Below, piece by piece: positions 42,633-53,553 of a stretch of DNA of 64,000 nucleotides; the stretch's first letter is position 1, and each line of letters begins with the position of its first letter. The position numbers and the translations under genes are program-made. A model generated the notes under the pieces. It saw nothing but the letters and a program-made list of their open reading frames with translations, made no database searches and was not told the DNA's origin. The DNA is from Cyanidioschyzon merolae (Eukaryota): assembly GCA_000091205.1 (NCBI GenBank), contig AP006500.2, one strand, 5' to 3'.

Positions 42633-44498
42633 TTAGGAAGCGACTCGCGGGATATCGGCACCGAGTTGCGCAAACTGTTCCCGCACGCGCTTCAACCGTT
42701 GCGACCACGTCGTCAACAAGATATCGACACGATCAGCATCGAGGTCTGTGTCTCGAATCTGCCGATAGTCGGCCACAGAGACGGGATAGCTCGATTCTGA
42801 GTACCGCGTCGGATTGACGAAGCTGTCGTCCCAGGCGGGAACTCCAGATGTCGCTGAAGAACCAAATTCAGTCTCTGTGCCTGTAGCTGGAGAATCTGTG
42901 GAAAGCAGACCTGTCGTTCGCTGCCGCCACGAGACCAGCAAAACGTCTTGCGTTTGATCAATGCGTCCGATGAGGCGGCCATCCGAAATCAGCTGCACGA
43001 CAGCGTGCTCGACTTGCGCGATGCTATCGCCTTCCCTCGTTACGCCAAGGCGCTTCGCCAAACTTGCCAGTGTGATCGCTCTATACGGGTGGACGGCTCG
43101 CAAGACAGCCCGCTGCCACAGGCGACTCGACAGTGTTTCAGTGAACGGACGCAGAAACGTATCTTCGATCATTGCACGATCCTTTTCGAGACTAGATTCG
43201 AACAGCACCAGATCATCCTTCTCGTAAGCATGAATCATATCACCCAGGGCCCGCATGTGGGGTTCCGAACCGTAGGTCTGCAATTCCGGGGCTGTGAACA
43301 AGTCCACTGTATTTCCCGAAAGCAGGTTCGCTAAAACAAGATACCGTAGAACGGCGAAGCGTTCCGGCGCACCAACCTCCTCATAATGGCGGAATGCCTC
43401 GTAGAACTCCCGTGCGGCCTCCGTGACGCAGCCCTGTGCCAGATACAACTTGCCGCCGCAGGTCCGAATGATCGCTAGGGTGCGCGGGCTCACAAGAACC
43501 CCTTTAAGCACGCTTTTCAAGCGCATGGCCTCTTGATACAGTCGCCAGAGACGAGAAGCGTAGAATCCGTCGTCTGCTGCGATCGGTACGCCCGGTCTAC
43601 CAGGCGGGCTCAGTGCTACGCCCACCGTACGAGGTACTGCGGACGAGTCCGGAGGCATTGTCGCTACAAAGTCGCGGTTCCTTCGACCTATCGATGCGGC
43701 CGGGGACGTATCCTGAGCTGTATGTCGCAACCGGTACTCCATGGCTTGTGGAAACTGGAATGGTACTGATGCGAGCTTGCCCCAAAGAACGAGCTGCAGC
43801 TGCATGTCCAACGCAAACAATTCCAGTAGCTGAGAGCCAGAGAGCGCACCTATCAGCAGCTGCTCGCCCGGTTGTCGTGGAGCGCTCACTTGCCCGCTCA
43901 GCGAGGCTGACTTGGGCTCCAGCGCTGGGTCGGCGCCCAGCCGTATACCAGCGTGGCGGTACAAGCGGCGCAGAAGCGTGCTCAGCCGCCACAAGGCCCC
44001 CGTGTCCAGATACAGCTGCCCAAGGCGCACCACGGTACGAAACCGCAATCGATTATTCAGGGAAACACCAGCTGCGTCGAGAGCGTCTATGGTAGCCTGA
44101 AGCAAACGCTCCAGTACGCTCGCAGGAACGTACGTCTCCGAGGCCAGCGAGTCCAGCAGCTGGCTGATCACGAACTCTACCAGCGTACGCGGGACCGCTG
44201 TGTGGAAGTAGCAGAGGAGACGCTCATGGAGCGCTTGTGCCCTACTATAGTCCTTTCTTTCAAAGACGCTGATAATGACTAACTGGTGAAGAGCACGAAC
44301 GCCCCACTCGCTTTCTCTCTGTGGTTGCTCCAGGGAGAGCAGTCGCTCGTATAAGGCTGCCGCTCCGCTGAGATCCCCGCGTTCCTGCAGGCTCTCCCCG
44401 TCATAGTACAGGTTCTCCAGAAGCACGGCGTACTCTGGTGTCGAGCTGCGCACTTGGCTCCAACTTGACTCTGGCGGTGTACCAGCTGGTGTTCCCAT
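42633..44498 (-). CDS. CSN2: PCI-domain protein, COP9 signalosome subunit 2 (CSN2)-like
   Basis: FYEAFRHYEEVGAPERFAVLRYLVLANLL...AYEKDDLVLFESSLEK...LISDGRLIGRIDQTQDVLLV parallels CSN2 FFEAFKNYDEAG...CLKYLVLANML...AYQNNDITEFEKILK...ILDNTIHGRIDQVNQLLEL. Track start 44603 is GTG; first ATG is 44498. Confidence 0.6.
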   Translation of the reverse strand: MGTPAGTPPESSWSQVRSSTPEYAVLLENLYYDGESLQERGDLSGAAALYERLLSLEQPQRESEWGVRALHQLVIISVFERKDYSRAQALHERLLCYFHTAVPRTLVEFVISQLLDSLASETYVPASVLERLLQATIDALDAAGVSLNNRLRFRTVVRLGQLYLDTGALWRLSTLLRRLYRHAGIRLGADPALEPKSASLSGQVSAPRQPGEQLLIGALSGSQLLELFALDMQLQLVLWGKLASVPFQFPQAMEYRLRHTAQDTSPAASIGRRNRDFVATMPPDSSAVPRTVGVALSPPGRPGVPIAADDGFYASRLWRLYQEAMRLKSVLKGVLVSPRTLAIIRTCGGKLYLAQGCVTEAAREFYEAFRHYEEVGAPERFAVLRYLVLANLLSGNTVDLFTAPELQTYGSEPHMRALGDMIHAYEKDDLVLFESSLEKDRAMIEDTFLRPFTETLSSRLWQRAVLRAVHPYRAITLASLAKRLGVTREGDSIAQVEHAVVQLISDGRLIGRIDQTQDVLLVSWRQRTTGLLSTDSPATGTETEFGSSATSGVPAWDDSFVNPTRYSESSYPVSVADYRQIRDTDLDADRVDILLTTWSQRLKRVREQFAQLGADIPRVAS

Positions 44499-44520
44499 GC
44501 CCAGGAAAAAGCACGGAACA

Positions 44521-44585
44521 CCACCACCACCAGCACCACCACCAGCACCACCACCACCAGCAGCAGCAGTAGTAGTAGTAGTAGT
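44521..44585. repeat. compound triplet repeat (CCA/GCA/GTA)n just upstream of the CSN2-like ATG
   Basis: ccaccaccaccagcaccaccaccagcaccaccaccaccagcagcagcagtagtagtagtag. Would encode poly-T/G/A only if a GTG start at 44603 were used. Confidence 0.85.
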
Positions 44586-45252
44586 GGATGTAACAACAGG
44601 CACAATAGCAAGTGCAACAGTAGGTGCACCTGCAATCGCTCGAAGGTCTAAAGCTGCTTCGCAACCGCCACCGCCCAGAGCCGACGTCCAGCGGAGGCAA
44701 CCCGCGACTACGTCCTATATCCGAACAGCGGCAGTTGTTGTAGAAGTGCTTCCAGCGGCTGCACTGATTTTGCTGGGCTGAACCTTTATTTTCGAGTAAG
44801 GGGGAAACTGGACTGGAGGCTGGTGATAGAACGGAGCAACTTCTGGAGCAGAACGGTGGTCGCTTCTCAGGTTGCTGGCTCGTACCAACGACGACGCGAC
44901 TGGGCGTTTCGGACGCGACTCGTTGATCCCAGACCGTGCGTTAAAAAGCTGTCAAAAGCGCGCCAGTTGCTACTGCTGCTGTTTCGCGCCCACTTCATCT
45001 CTAACACTGTGGCGCTGTACTCCGTGCAAGACGCTCGGTTAGCGAGCAGCAGCGCCCGCTCGGATTCCGCTTGGAGCTGTCTCCGCTCAACTGAGGGCTC
45101 TGGTGCCGAAAAGCACGCCGCGTGTAGCGTCGTAGTCACGTTGTTTCGCGACCTGTGGAACGGCACAGTGGAGTACCCGCATAACCGCCGCACCGTCCTG
45201 TGACTCGATAGTTCATCAGGCAAACAAAACAGACGCTTTGACATTTACGAGC

Positions 45253-46494
45253 ATGAGTCAGCAGCAGTCTCGCGGTAAACAACCGAACGCGCCAAGCGCT
45301 ACCGCGACGACGGCTGATAACGATGACGAAGTCGACCTTTACTCGGGAATCGAGTTCCCGCAAGCGCTCGCCCCAGCGAAACAGAAGGTGCAGCCTCTCC
45401 GAGCCGCTCCGTCGAAAGGTAGCAGCGCTTCAGAGCGTGACAGAGTCGAAGCGCATGCACCTTCGGACAAGCGTGGTGCTGACCGACTCGAACAGGCAGA
45501 GCGCAACGCGAACGAGACCTCCAGAGTTCGTGCAGCGCCCGACCCTAGCATCAGCGATGATCTCCACGACTCAGACGAAGAGGACGACGCCGAAGAAGAG
45601 GATCAAGAATCATCGGACGACGACGTGGATATCATTTTGGGCAGTTCGCAACCCGCGATTGGCGAGCAGGCAGCCAAGTTTGCTGCATCATGGAATGAAG
45701 TCGCGAAGGAAGGGCGTGGTGTTGCCGAGCAGGGCGGCACTGCCGCAGGTCTCGGCATGATGAACGCCGAGGCCTCGCTTCAATCGTCAGCGTTGCTTCA
45801 GAGCATGTTGCCACAACCAACCATGGCAAATGTTGTTCCCGGCAAACAGAGAAGTCTCTACGAAGTTGAGCTAGAGCAGTTGGATGAAAAGCCCTGGCGG
45901 GAGCCCGGCGCTGTACTCTCTGACTACTTTAATTACGGGTTTACAGAGGAGACCTGGAAAATATATTGTCAACACCAGGCTGCAATGCGCCAGGAGACAA
46001 GCGTCCTGCACCGTCAGGTTACAATGAACCAGGCGACGGCATCACGGGAACGCGACAAGCCGACGCGTCCCGGCCAGGCTGGTGCCGGCTCTGCAGCGAT
46101 AAGCGCGGGGAACGCTCGCGAAAGGCCACCGCGACGAGCGGTGGAAGAGGAAAAGCCCAAACGAGACGTCGAGTCTACCGCCAAGAGCACCGGGAAAGGT
46201 CCTGGGACTGCGTGGAAGGTGGCTGGTTCGAGTCCATCCCTGCTGCCGAGTAAGAACGTCTTGGAGCGTCTCGCTCAGGTGCGCCAACAAATCATGAGCC
46301 AGAACACCGGAGCCCAGACTCCAGAATCCAGTTCAAAAACGATGCACCGTCATGAAACAACCAGCTCTGAGGCAAACTCCGGAGAAGCAGATCGCGCTGA
46401 GCCGACTCAAGCCACGGCATCCGATGATCGCACTCGAAAGCGGAAACGGGTGAATGAGGAACCAGCACCGAGCATCGCGGACAGGTCCCGCTGA
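45253..46494 (+). CDS. FIP1: pre-mRNA 3'-end processing factor Fip1
   Basis: Fip1 motif LDEKPWREPGAVLSDYFNYGFTEETWKIYCQHQ. Acidic D/E-rich N-terminal half. Track start 45238 is TTG; first ATG is 45253. Confidence 0.8.
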   Translation: MSQQQSRGKQPNAPSATATTADNDDEVDLYSGIEFPQALAPAKQKVQPLRAAPSKGSSASERDRVEAHAPSDKRGADRLEQAERNANETSRVRAAPDPSISDDLHDSDEEDDAEEEDQESSDDDVDIILGSSQPAIGEQAAKFAASWNEVAKEGRGVAEQGGTAAGLGMMNAEASLQSSALLQSMLPQPTMANVVPGKQRSLYEVELEQLDEKPWREPGAVLSDYFNYGFTEETWKIYCQHQAAMRQETSVLHRQVTMNQATASRERDKPTRPGQAGAGSAAISAGNARERPPRRAVEEEKPKRDVESTAKSTGKGPGTAWKVAGSSPSLLPSKNVLERLAQVRQQIMSQNTGAQTPESSSKTMHRHETTSSEANSGEADRAEPTQATASDDRTRKRKRVNEEPAPSIADRSR

Positions 46495-47283
46495 AAACCT
46501 GGACTCGCTGCGGTGATGCGCTTATGGTCATCATCCTGGCGCGTCTTGTCGTACCGAGAGTGCCTCTGGGGGTTACATGTCCTGCGCTGGGGCGACACAG
46601 CGCATCCAGGTATCGATGGAGCTCGACGGCAACCGAGTAGAGCACCAAACGATGTGCGTCCGTCGCCATGCAACGGAAGCGAGCACCTCTCTTGGATATG
46701 TGTATGTGTGTGCGAATGTGCTTGTGTGTTGTCATTGCGTTTCCTCGACACGACTTTTGGTGCCGCTGACGCTGATGAACGACCGCTTCTCGCTTGGGTC
46801 CACCAATCGTGACCAGGACATATCCAGCGGTCACTTTGGCGTGCACGAGCCCTGCAAGGAAACGCTCATGGTGCACGCAACCGCGTCGGAAGACGAAAAC
46901 GCCTCAAGGTCGATCGCTCGTCTCCTCGTAAAGAACACGGCTTGCTGAACTCTCGCTGATGCGTCCAACGCCGGTTCGGAGAAGGCGGCTAGTCGGAGCC
47001 TACCCGCGACAACCTTCAGCATCGTCTATACCGCAGCACCGTCGCCCGCCGCAACACCACACGCTACACCACGCTCTCGTTCTAGAAACCCTACCATCCC
47101 AGGTACATTCGCATCATTCGATAGAATAAGCGCATGAAGCCGCTAAAGGCAACTGCACGTTGAAAAACGCACCTCAGTGCATTTCCAGCAACCGTTCAGG
47201 ACACCGGTCAAGCCACATTCCCAACCGAACTTGCTTGCGCGAATAGCTTTTGGGTTCCAGTTGCTGTTGGTGGTGTTGATGCA

Positions 47284-49635
47284 ATGCCACGCCTCAGAGG
47301 CAGAGGAAGCTCTCGGTCGGAGGAGACTGCATCACACGAAAGTACGCCAACAGGGAGCACGGCAGCTACACCAGCTAGCGAGGACGGCAGTGGCACGTCA
47401 CGCTCAGCAGCGAACGAGTCGGACGAGTGGAGCGCGAGCGCACTCGGTGCGGCACTTGTTCAGGGACTGCGAGCACTCCTCGAAGACGTGTCCCTAAGCT
47501 TTCAAACCGAGTCAAGTGGTGAGCGACCTAGTCAACGGCGCCGTTCGCGTCGCCAACACCTGCAGTTCCAACGCTATGCATCGAGTCGTCTGGCTCCGAA
47601 CGTCGGGGTGAACCGTGCCGCTATCCAAGCGGATATCGCTTTTCCACAAGCGCTCTGGCAGCTGGATGAGTCAGGACGTGAACGAGAACGCTCGATTGAA
47701 GACATCGAGAGAATGGAAGCTGTTTTGACGTACTTGAGCTACTGGCTAGGCGAGCGCAACGGAAGTCGCGTGGTGTACGGCTCGCAGCAGCGTTTCCGGA
47801 GCCCGTTGCATGAAACGGACGCTGCTCTGCGCCCAGTTTGGGCGATTCGCCTCGGCTCGGTTCCTGACGCCTTGAGAGCGCGTGAATGTACCGCAGAGGC
47901 GGTCCCAATGCCGGGTCTAGCAACCAAGAGTCGTCTGTGGACCGAGCCGCCGCAGCTGCTCGCGGAATGTCATCGCGAGCGTCTGGAACAGTTCCTGCAT
48001 CTCTTGCTGCCGCCGACAACTGAGTCGAACCTGCCACTGGATGCTCAATATTTTTCATCTTTCTGGTATCGATTTTTATTTCTAGAGAAGGAGCTCCTGC
48101 GCTCTGTGGACGTTCGTCAGCCAACGGCACCTCCGGTGCATTACTCACAGCCGCTCAGCGACGGTGATCCGCGAGCTGCCTCTGAGGCCGCTGGGATCAG
48201 TGCAGCTACCTCTACCGACACTTGTTCAAGTTTTCAGCAGCCTTGGTCGCGACTTTATCCAGGTGCATGTAGTACACGAGCGCCCGGAGCTGCAAGTCGA
48301 TCCCTACCCTGTGGATTCCATGACGCTGCGATGGCGTCTCTGCAGGAGCACTATGTTCCGCAGTTTCCGCTGCGCAAACTCGATGTCTACTCAGCGAGAG
48401 CGTACGGGTGTCGCTTTTTTGATGAAGGAAGACTACTCGTAACGAGTTGCCAGGATCGACGCCTCCGCTTGTACGACACCAGTGCTCTGGATGTGTTCGA
48501 GTGGTGCGGCGGTTCACCGGAGCACTCGCTTTTGGAGCGATGGGAGCGACCTCCTTCGGAGCAGGATTGTCGCGCTCGCTTGCCGGTAAGCGAGGTGATC
48601 GCTCGGGACCTTCGCTGGACCGTAACCGACGTAGACTGGTCTCGACAAGCGGACGGCACCAGTTGGCTCGCGTACGCTTCGATCACGCCACGTGTTTATC
48701 TGGTTCGGTTGGATGCAGTAGAGGCGCAGCAGGCGCTGAGTTTTGCGGCACCTGCGAATCTCGTCCTTGACCAGAGCAGCAGCGAAACCGGTGCAGCAGC
48801 CGGCTGGACTAACTTGCTTGATGCAGAGAACTCCTACGGCCTTGGGATATGGAGTGTTCGTTTTCGACCTGATGGATCGGAACTGGTGGCGGGTGCCAGC
48901 CACACGGGTCATGTTTTCGGTGATCTCGTCGTTTATCGCCTGGAGCGGCAAGCGCCGGTGGCATCACTGCGAGCTCACCAGGATGACGTGAACAGCGTGG
49001 CGGTAGCGGGGGCAAACCTCATCCTCAGTGCTGCGGATGACGCCTATATTCACGTATGGGATCGTCGAGACCTTCGCCGGCCTTGCGGCTCCTTTGTGGG
49101 CCACACCGAGGGTATCACACACGTGTCGTGGCGTGGAGAAGAGGTCGCTCCGCAACTCCGATGCGCAACGGACCTGCTTGACCAGCGCTATGTGGTGAGC
49201 ATCGGCAAAGACCAGCGATGCAAGCTATGGGATATTCGTTTGCTGCGAGAAGCGAGTCAGGTCGAGCGGCCGCGTCCAACGCATTACGACTACCGTTGGA
49301 ACGATATGGTGAATCCGCCACTCGATAATCGAAGAACCCTTCGCGGGGATAACTCGCTTTACACATTCATTGGTATGCGGGTTTTGAGTACCCTGATTCG
49401 AGCCTACTTTTCGCCTCTGTCTACAACGAGTGGGCGATACATTTACACCGGAAGCCAAGATGGGCGCATTTGTCTCTTTGATACGGTGAGCGGCATGCCG
49501 CTCACGGCACTGCGTGGACACGAAGCCGCAGTTCGAGAAATGAGTTGGAGTCCGCGCCTGCCCGGAGTACTTGTCAGCGCTGGTTGGGATGGTCAGGCGC
49601 TCATCTGGCGACCGGCTGGTGTTGAAGATCACTGA
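47284..49635 (+). CDS. WD40-repeat protein, DCAF11/WDR23-like CUL4 substrate receptor
   Basis: WD repeats (GHTGHVFGDLVVY...VWDRRDL; GHTEGITHVSWRGEE). C-terminal IYTGSQDGRICLFDTVSGMPLTALRGHEAAVREMSWSPRLPGVLVSAGWDGQALIW parallels DCAF11 SGSHDGCIYVYDLVSG...VRDVSWHPFEEKIVSSSWDGNLRLW. ATG at 47284. Confidence 0.65.
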   Translation: MPRLRGRGSSRSEETASHESTPTGSTAATPASEDGSGTSRSAANESDEWSASALGAALVQGLRALLEDVSLSFQTESSGERPSQRRRSRRQHLQFQRYASSRLAPNVGVNRAAIQADIAFPQALWQLDESGRERERSIEDIERMEAVLTYLSYWLGERNGSRVVYGSQQRFRSPLHETDAALRPVWAIRLGSVPDALRARECTAEAVPMPGLATKSRLWTEPPQLLAECHRERLEQFLHLLLPPTTESNLPLDAQYFSSFWYRFLFLEKELLRSVDVRQPTAPPVHYSQPLSDGDPRAASEAAGISAATSTDTCSSFQQPWSRLYPGACSTRAPGAASRSLPCGFHDAAMASLQEHYVPQFPLRKLDVYSARAYGCRFFDEGRLLVTSCQDRRLRLYDTSALDVFEWCGGSPEHSLLERWERPPSEQDCRARLPVSEVIARDLRWTVTDVDWSRQADGTSWLAYASITPRVYLVRLDAVEAQQALSFAAPANLVLDQSSSETGAAAGWTNLLDAENSYGLGIWSVRFRPDGSELVAGASHTGHVFGDLVVYRLERQAPVASLRAHQDDVNSVAVAGANLILSAADDAYIHVWDRRDLRRPCGSFVGHTEGITHVSWRGEEVAPQLRCATDLLDQRYVVSIGKDQRCKLWDIRLLREASQVERPRPTHYDYRWNDMVNPPLDNRRTLRGDNSLYTFIGMRVLSTLIRAYFSPLSTTSGRYIYTGSQDGRICLFDTVSGMPLTALRGHEAAVREMSWSPRLPGVLVSAGWDGQALIWRPAGVEDH

Positions 49636-50938
49636 AATGCACTCGAGTGGCGAAGCATGTTGCTGGCATGCGTTTGCCTCGATATCCGTGGTGCAAGACG
49701 GTCAAGCTCATGGGAAACGTTTCCGCGCTATGGACAGCTTCTAGTTCGAGGAGAAGCACAGGCAGCTGGGAGCGGCTTACCTGCAACGCGTGCAGCCTTG
49801 GGTCGCTGCGACCCCTCGAATGCGTTTCTCGGTCGGTGATCGTGAAGCGCAGCGACACGACTTGCATTCGTTTGCTTCATGTTCTAGTGTATATAAATTT
49901 CCAGATGCGGTACGTGTCATCTACGGAGGCTTTCTTCGTTGCCGAGCGCGAGCATTCCCTGGATACGCCCAAGCTGCCGGCAACGGCGAGACTGTCCGAG
50001 GAGGCGTAGATGGTGTCACCAGCGATCAACGCTTCCCGTCGGCAGTTTGGTCTGCCCAGCGAACGCTCTGGGCACGAGGCCTCCCACAGGTGTGTGCTGC
50101 GACATTGGATGCACAGCGACCGCTGCTGTCAAAGTCGCCCTCCGAAGACATACCGCCATTACAATGCCTCGAAGCCGGTGCGAACCGGCTAGCGGCGCAA
50201 ACGTTGGTGCTTCCCAATATGCGGTGCCGCCTGCAGGAACGCAGCAGGATCCTGAAGGATCGACTGGTGAGAAATATCGGTTAGGTTGAGTTCCTGCACG
50301 ATCGATCGGGCGATATCGCGTACCAGGGGCATGATTTTCTTGCACGTCCCGCTGGTACCTCGGTGTATGCGCTGCAACTGTCCGACACTGACATGCAGAC
50401 CGGAATTGTAGGCGCTATGTTGCGTAGAGTCTCCTCCAAAGTTTGCATCCACTGCACGGGCTTTGTTTGATATCGCATCAGATGACATCATAAAGGATAT
50501 GCGCCAGTGAAGGCCAAGAGCGCTGAGCGGTGCCGCAGTTCATCAGGGCGCGAGGTGTGTCGACGCAAGCGCCTGCAGCTCGGTGCCCGCTGGAGATTCA
50601 TTTGGAAGCATTTGCTCGTTTGTTCAATTGACTCCGCATTTTCGGATCCCGAAGACACGACTGACGTGCGAACTCCGTGGACCGCTTCGGGCTGTTGGCG
50701 TCGTAACACTGCTCGGCCATGGCAACCGTGCAAGGCACCCGCCTGCATGGCTGTGCACATCGACCTCATGGTGTATGCAGAGCGACGGACAACGTGCTCG
50801 TTCACTTATCCGCAAGAAGCTGGCGAATGCTCCCTCAAGTAGCGTAAAATAAGGCGCAACCACTCGTATCGTCGGGGAATGCGGCGACTTTTGAACCTGA
50901 ATGCGCACCAGCAGGCATCACAATGAAACGCCCGCGTT

Positions 50939-51976
50939 TCACGACGCGACCCCTTCCAGTGATGCAGTGGAAACCGTGCGGGAGCTGGCCTGGGCTTTGA
51001 AGTACTCAAAAGCCGTCATGGTTATGGCGGTGTTCGGTACGATCCATAGAACTCGCGGACCCAGACCTCGGAGCAGCGCTTGGTAACCCTGTTCTCGAAC
51101 GAGTGCGCTCGCCATTCGCCAGAGACTGAGGCGTTCTCCTGCGGCCAACCGCGTCGTCTGCAACCGGGTCTTCAGGACGTCGAGCGGTGTGGTACAGGCA
51201 GCGGCGACTGCTCCGCTCGCCGCAGCGCTCGCAAGGATGCTCCACGATGGCAGTGACTCGGATTTCGTGAGAAATCGCGACCACCACCGCTTTAGCCGTT
51301 CATAGGTTACAAAGTAAAGCATCGCGTATGGGCCGAACACACCGATGGTGAGCAGGTACCCGCGAAAAAGGGCACGTGCACCTTCCTCTGTCCAGAGACG
51401 GCGCGCTAATGTTCGTAAAGTCGCATCCGCATCACAAGTCGCTACTTGAGCGCGTTGTTTCATCACTTCCATTGGTGTCCAGAAAACAGCGCTCACAGTC
51501 TCTGCCGCCAGCCCCGAGCAGAGGTGATTCCAGGGGCTGCTGGCGGATAGATCTATGAGCGGTCGTCGATGCGGCGATGTGCGACTCGCTGCCTCGAACT
51601 CGGCAAGTGCGAACTTGGTTTTTTCGTATACTGTAAGGTAAGTTGCCACTGCTGGTGCCTGCACCAGCACGCTAATTGTGTAGCCGCGGTAGAGCGAACG
51701 AACAAAAGCCCCAAAGCGGCCCAGGCGACGGTGGTACCGGGCACACGACTCGGTGCCCGCTCGCTGCAACGTCTCCCAGATCGAGAGCGGCTTACTGGAG
51801 ACCATCACGCGCGCCCGAATGGTATCCAGAGGTTGCACAGCGGTTCGCGCCAGAACGCCAGCTACGGCTGACCAACTGCACAGGTCGGTAATAGCCGGTT
51901 CGTGCGCTGTCGAGGGCGGCGACATCCTCGCTGCTGAGGAATCGGGTAACGTCACCGGTTCCCCAGACGCTGACAT
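50939..51976 (-). CDS. mitochondrial carrier family (SLC25) protein
   Basis: Three carrier-repeat signatures: PLDTIRARVMV, PMEVMKQRAQV, PLDVLKTRLQT. Track start 52168 is GTG; first ATG 51976 gives a 345-aa protein, the typical size. Confidence 0.85.
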   Translation of the reverse strand: MSASGEPVTLPDSSAARMSPPSTAHEPAITDLCSWSAVAGVLARTAVQPLDTIRARVMVSSKPLSIWETLQRAGTESCARYHRRLGRFGAFVRSLYRGYTISVLVQAPAVATYLTVYEKTKFALAEFEAASRTSPHRRPLIDLSASSPWNHLCSGLAAETVSAVFWTPMEVMKQRAQVATCDADATLRTLARRLWTEEGARALFRGYLLTIGVFGPYAMLYFVTYERLKRWWSRFLTKSESLPSWSILASAAASGAVAAACTTPLDVLKTRLQTTRLAAGERLSLWRMASALVREQGYQALLRGLGPRVLWIVPNTAITMTAFEYFKAQASSRTVSTASLEGVAS

Positions 51977-52942
51977 GGCCAGTCCCTGTGCTTCGGCTTG
52001 CCGTTTGGAAGCGAGGTAATCATCCAGGCGTATTTGCCCAGAGCAGCGAGCGCGTCCTCGCTCTGGCAGTACACGCGCTTGAGGTACACGGGTGAAAGCG
52101 CGCACGGTCGAGGTTTTCGTTTTGGGGTGCGGTAACGCCACGAACCACCGCCGCAAGCAGCCACACACTGTCGCTTAGTCGCGAGGGCTGGTCAGTGGAA
52201 CCATACAGGTATCTAGATCAAACCACCGACAAATCCCTCGAGTCTTCTCACGTAGCCTCTGTACCTCGCACAGCGCTTTCGATAGCAGCACAGCGGGGCA
52301 TGCTTGCTTCCCCACGGTCCAGATTCGGGAGTGGGTACACGCCCTCGGCTGGCGTGCGCGTGCCGTGCATCCCCATGCGGCGACCGATACCCTGCTGTCC
52401 TTCTTGTACTAAAGTGTATCGTTTAATACAGATCCGATGAGCTGCATTTCCCTGGCGATGCAGCAGCGGGCGCTCGCGGAGACGCGGGAACCCTGCGACA
52501 CTGGGCGACGAGGGCGCTGCTTGGAATGACGGAAGCGAGCTCAGCTTCCTTATAGATCACTTTGGGTTCGACCAGCTCGGAAAAGGCTTGTTATCAGAGG
52601 GATCGAAACTTGATGAATCCAAAGAGCTCCTGAGTGCTGACCCCGTTCGCGCCAGCGGACGTGCATGCGTGTCAGCATGCATTGGAATCGGTCGACGTAC
52701 CTCACACGGACGTACACGCTACGGTTTGCGTCTCTTTCCGTTGTCTGTAACACGAGAGTCTCTGGGATATTTTTGTGACTCCTTTATTTGCCTATCTTAT
52801 TGTCGACTTTCAATGTGAAGATCTCTTCTTTCCCTGAAGCTCCGTTGTCCATCGGCGAATGATATTGATAGCAGTGTTCAAGTTGCGACTTGCTGCGTTC
52901 TGCAGTTGGCGACGCATTAGCTGCACAGACCAAAGATGCGAT

Positions 52943-53553
52943 CTAGGCTTCGCTTGCCATGTTCACCTTCGTGGTATACAGGCTCGGTGCGCACCCTTCG
53001 CACCGGTGACTCATGACTGTGATCAGATGGTCTCGGACGACCACAAAAACTCGTGACGCTCCAGAGGCTGTAGGGCGGCGTGAGAACGCGTGCTTCATCG
53101 CTCGGTCCGTGCCCTTGACGGTTGAAGAAGGCTCCACGCGATAGTGTCCTCCTCTTCTGCGCACACTACCGCACTCTGTGATCAGGGGTTTCTTCTGAGA
53201 GATCCCTCTGGCGAGTACGCTGTCGCTGCATGCGCAAGCGCGTGCAGTTTTCCGAACAAAACAGCACGGATGGGACGCGATGTTGTCGGTGATGATGCGC
53301 ATTCGGGAAGGGAAATCCAGGTTGGAGATGATATCGAGATATTTCGAAACGTTTACGCCCTGTTCGTGCAACGCGATGACGCAGGTCCGGACCCGGGATC
53401 CACTCTCATGGGAACAGGCAAGATGAGTGCATCAGGGAGCACGGATCCTCTGACTGGTATCATGCTACCATGGAAATCCGTTTTGTCGATGGCCTTGCAG
53501 AGAGGCGGATATGCCCTCCGAATGGCGCGACTCAATTGACGAGAGACGTTCAA
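52943..53553 (-). pseudogene. possible degenerate Tc1/mariner-superfamily (ITm) DDE transposase relic
   Basis: Two frameshifted minus-strand ORFs. ...RMRIITDNIASHP resembles the second-D block (I/L)xDNAxxH, with PLITE 37 residues downstream (DD37E-like spacing). A possible first-D block DKTDF lies ~85 aa upstream. Low-GC, gene-free surroundings. Confidence 0.3.
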
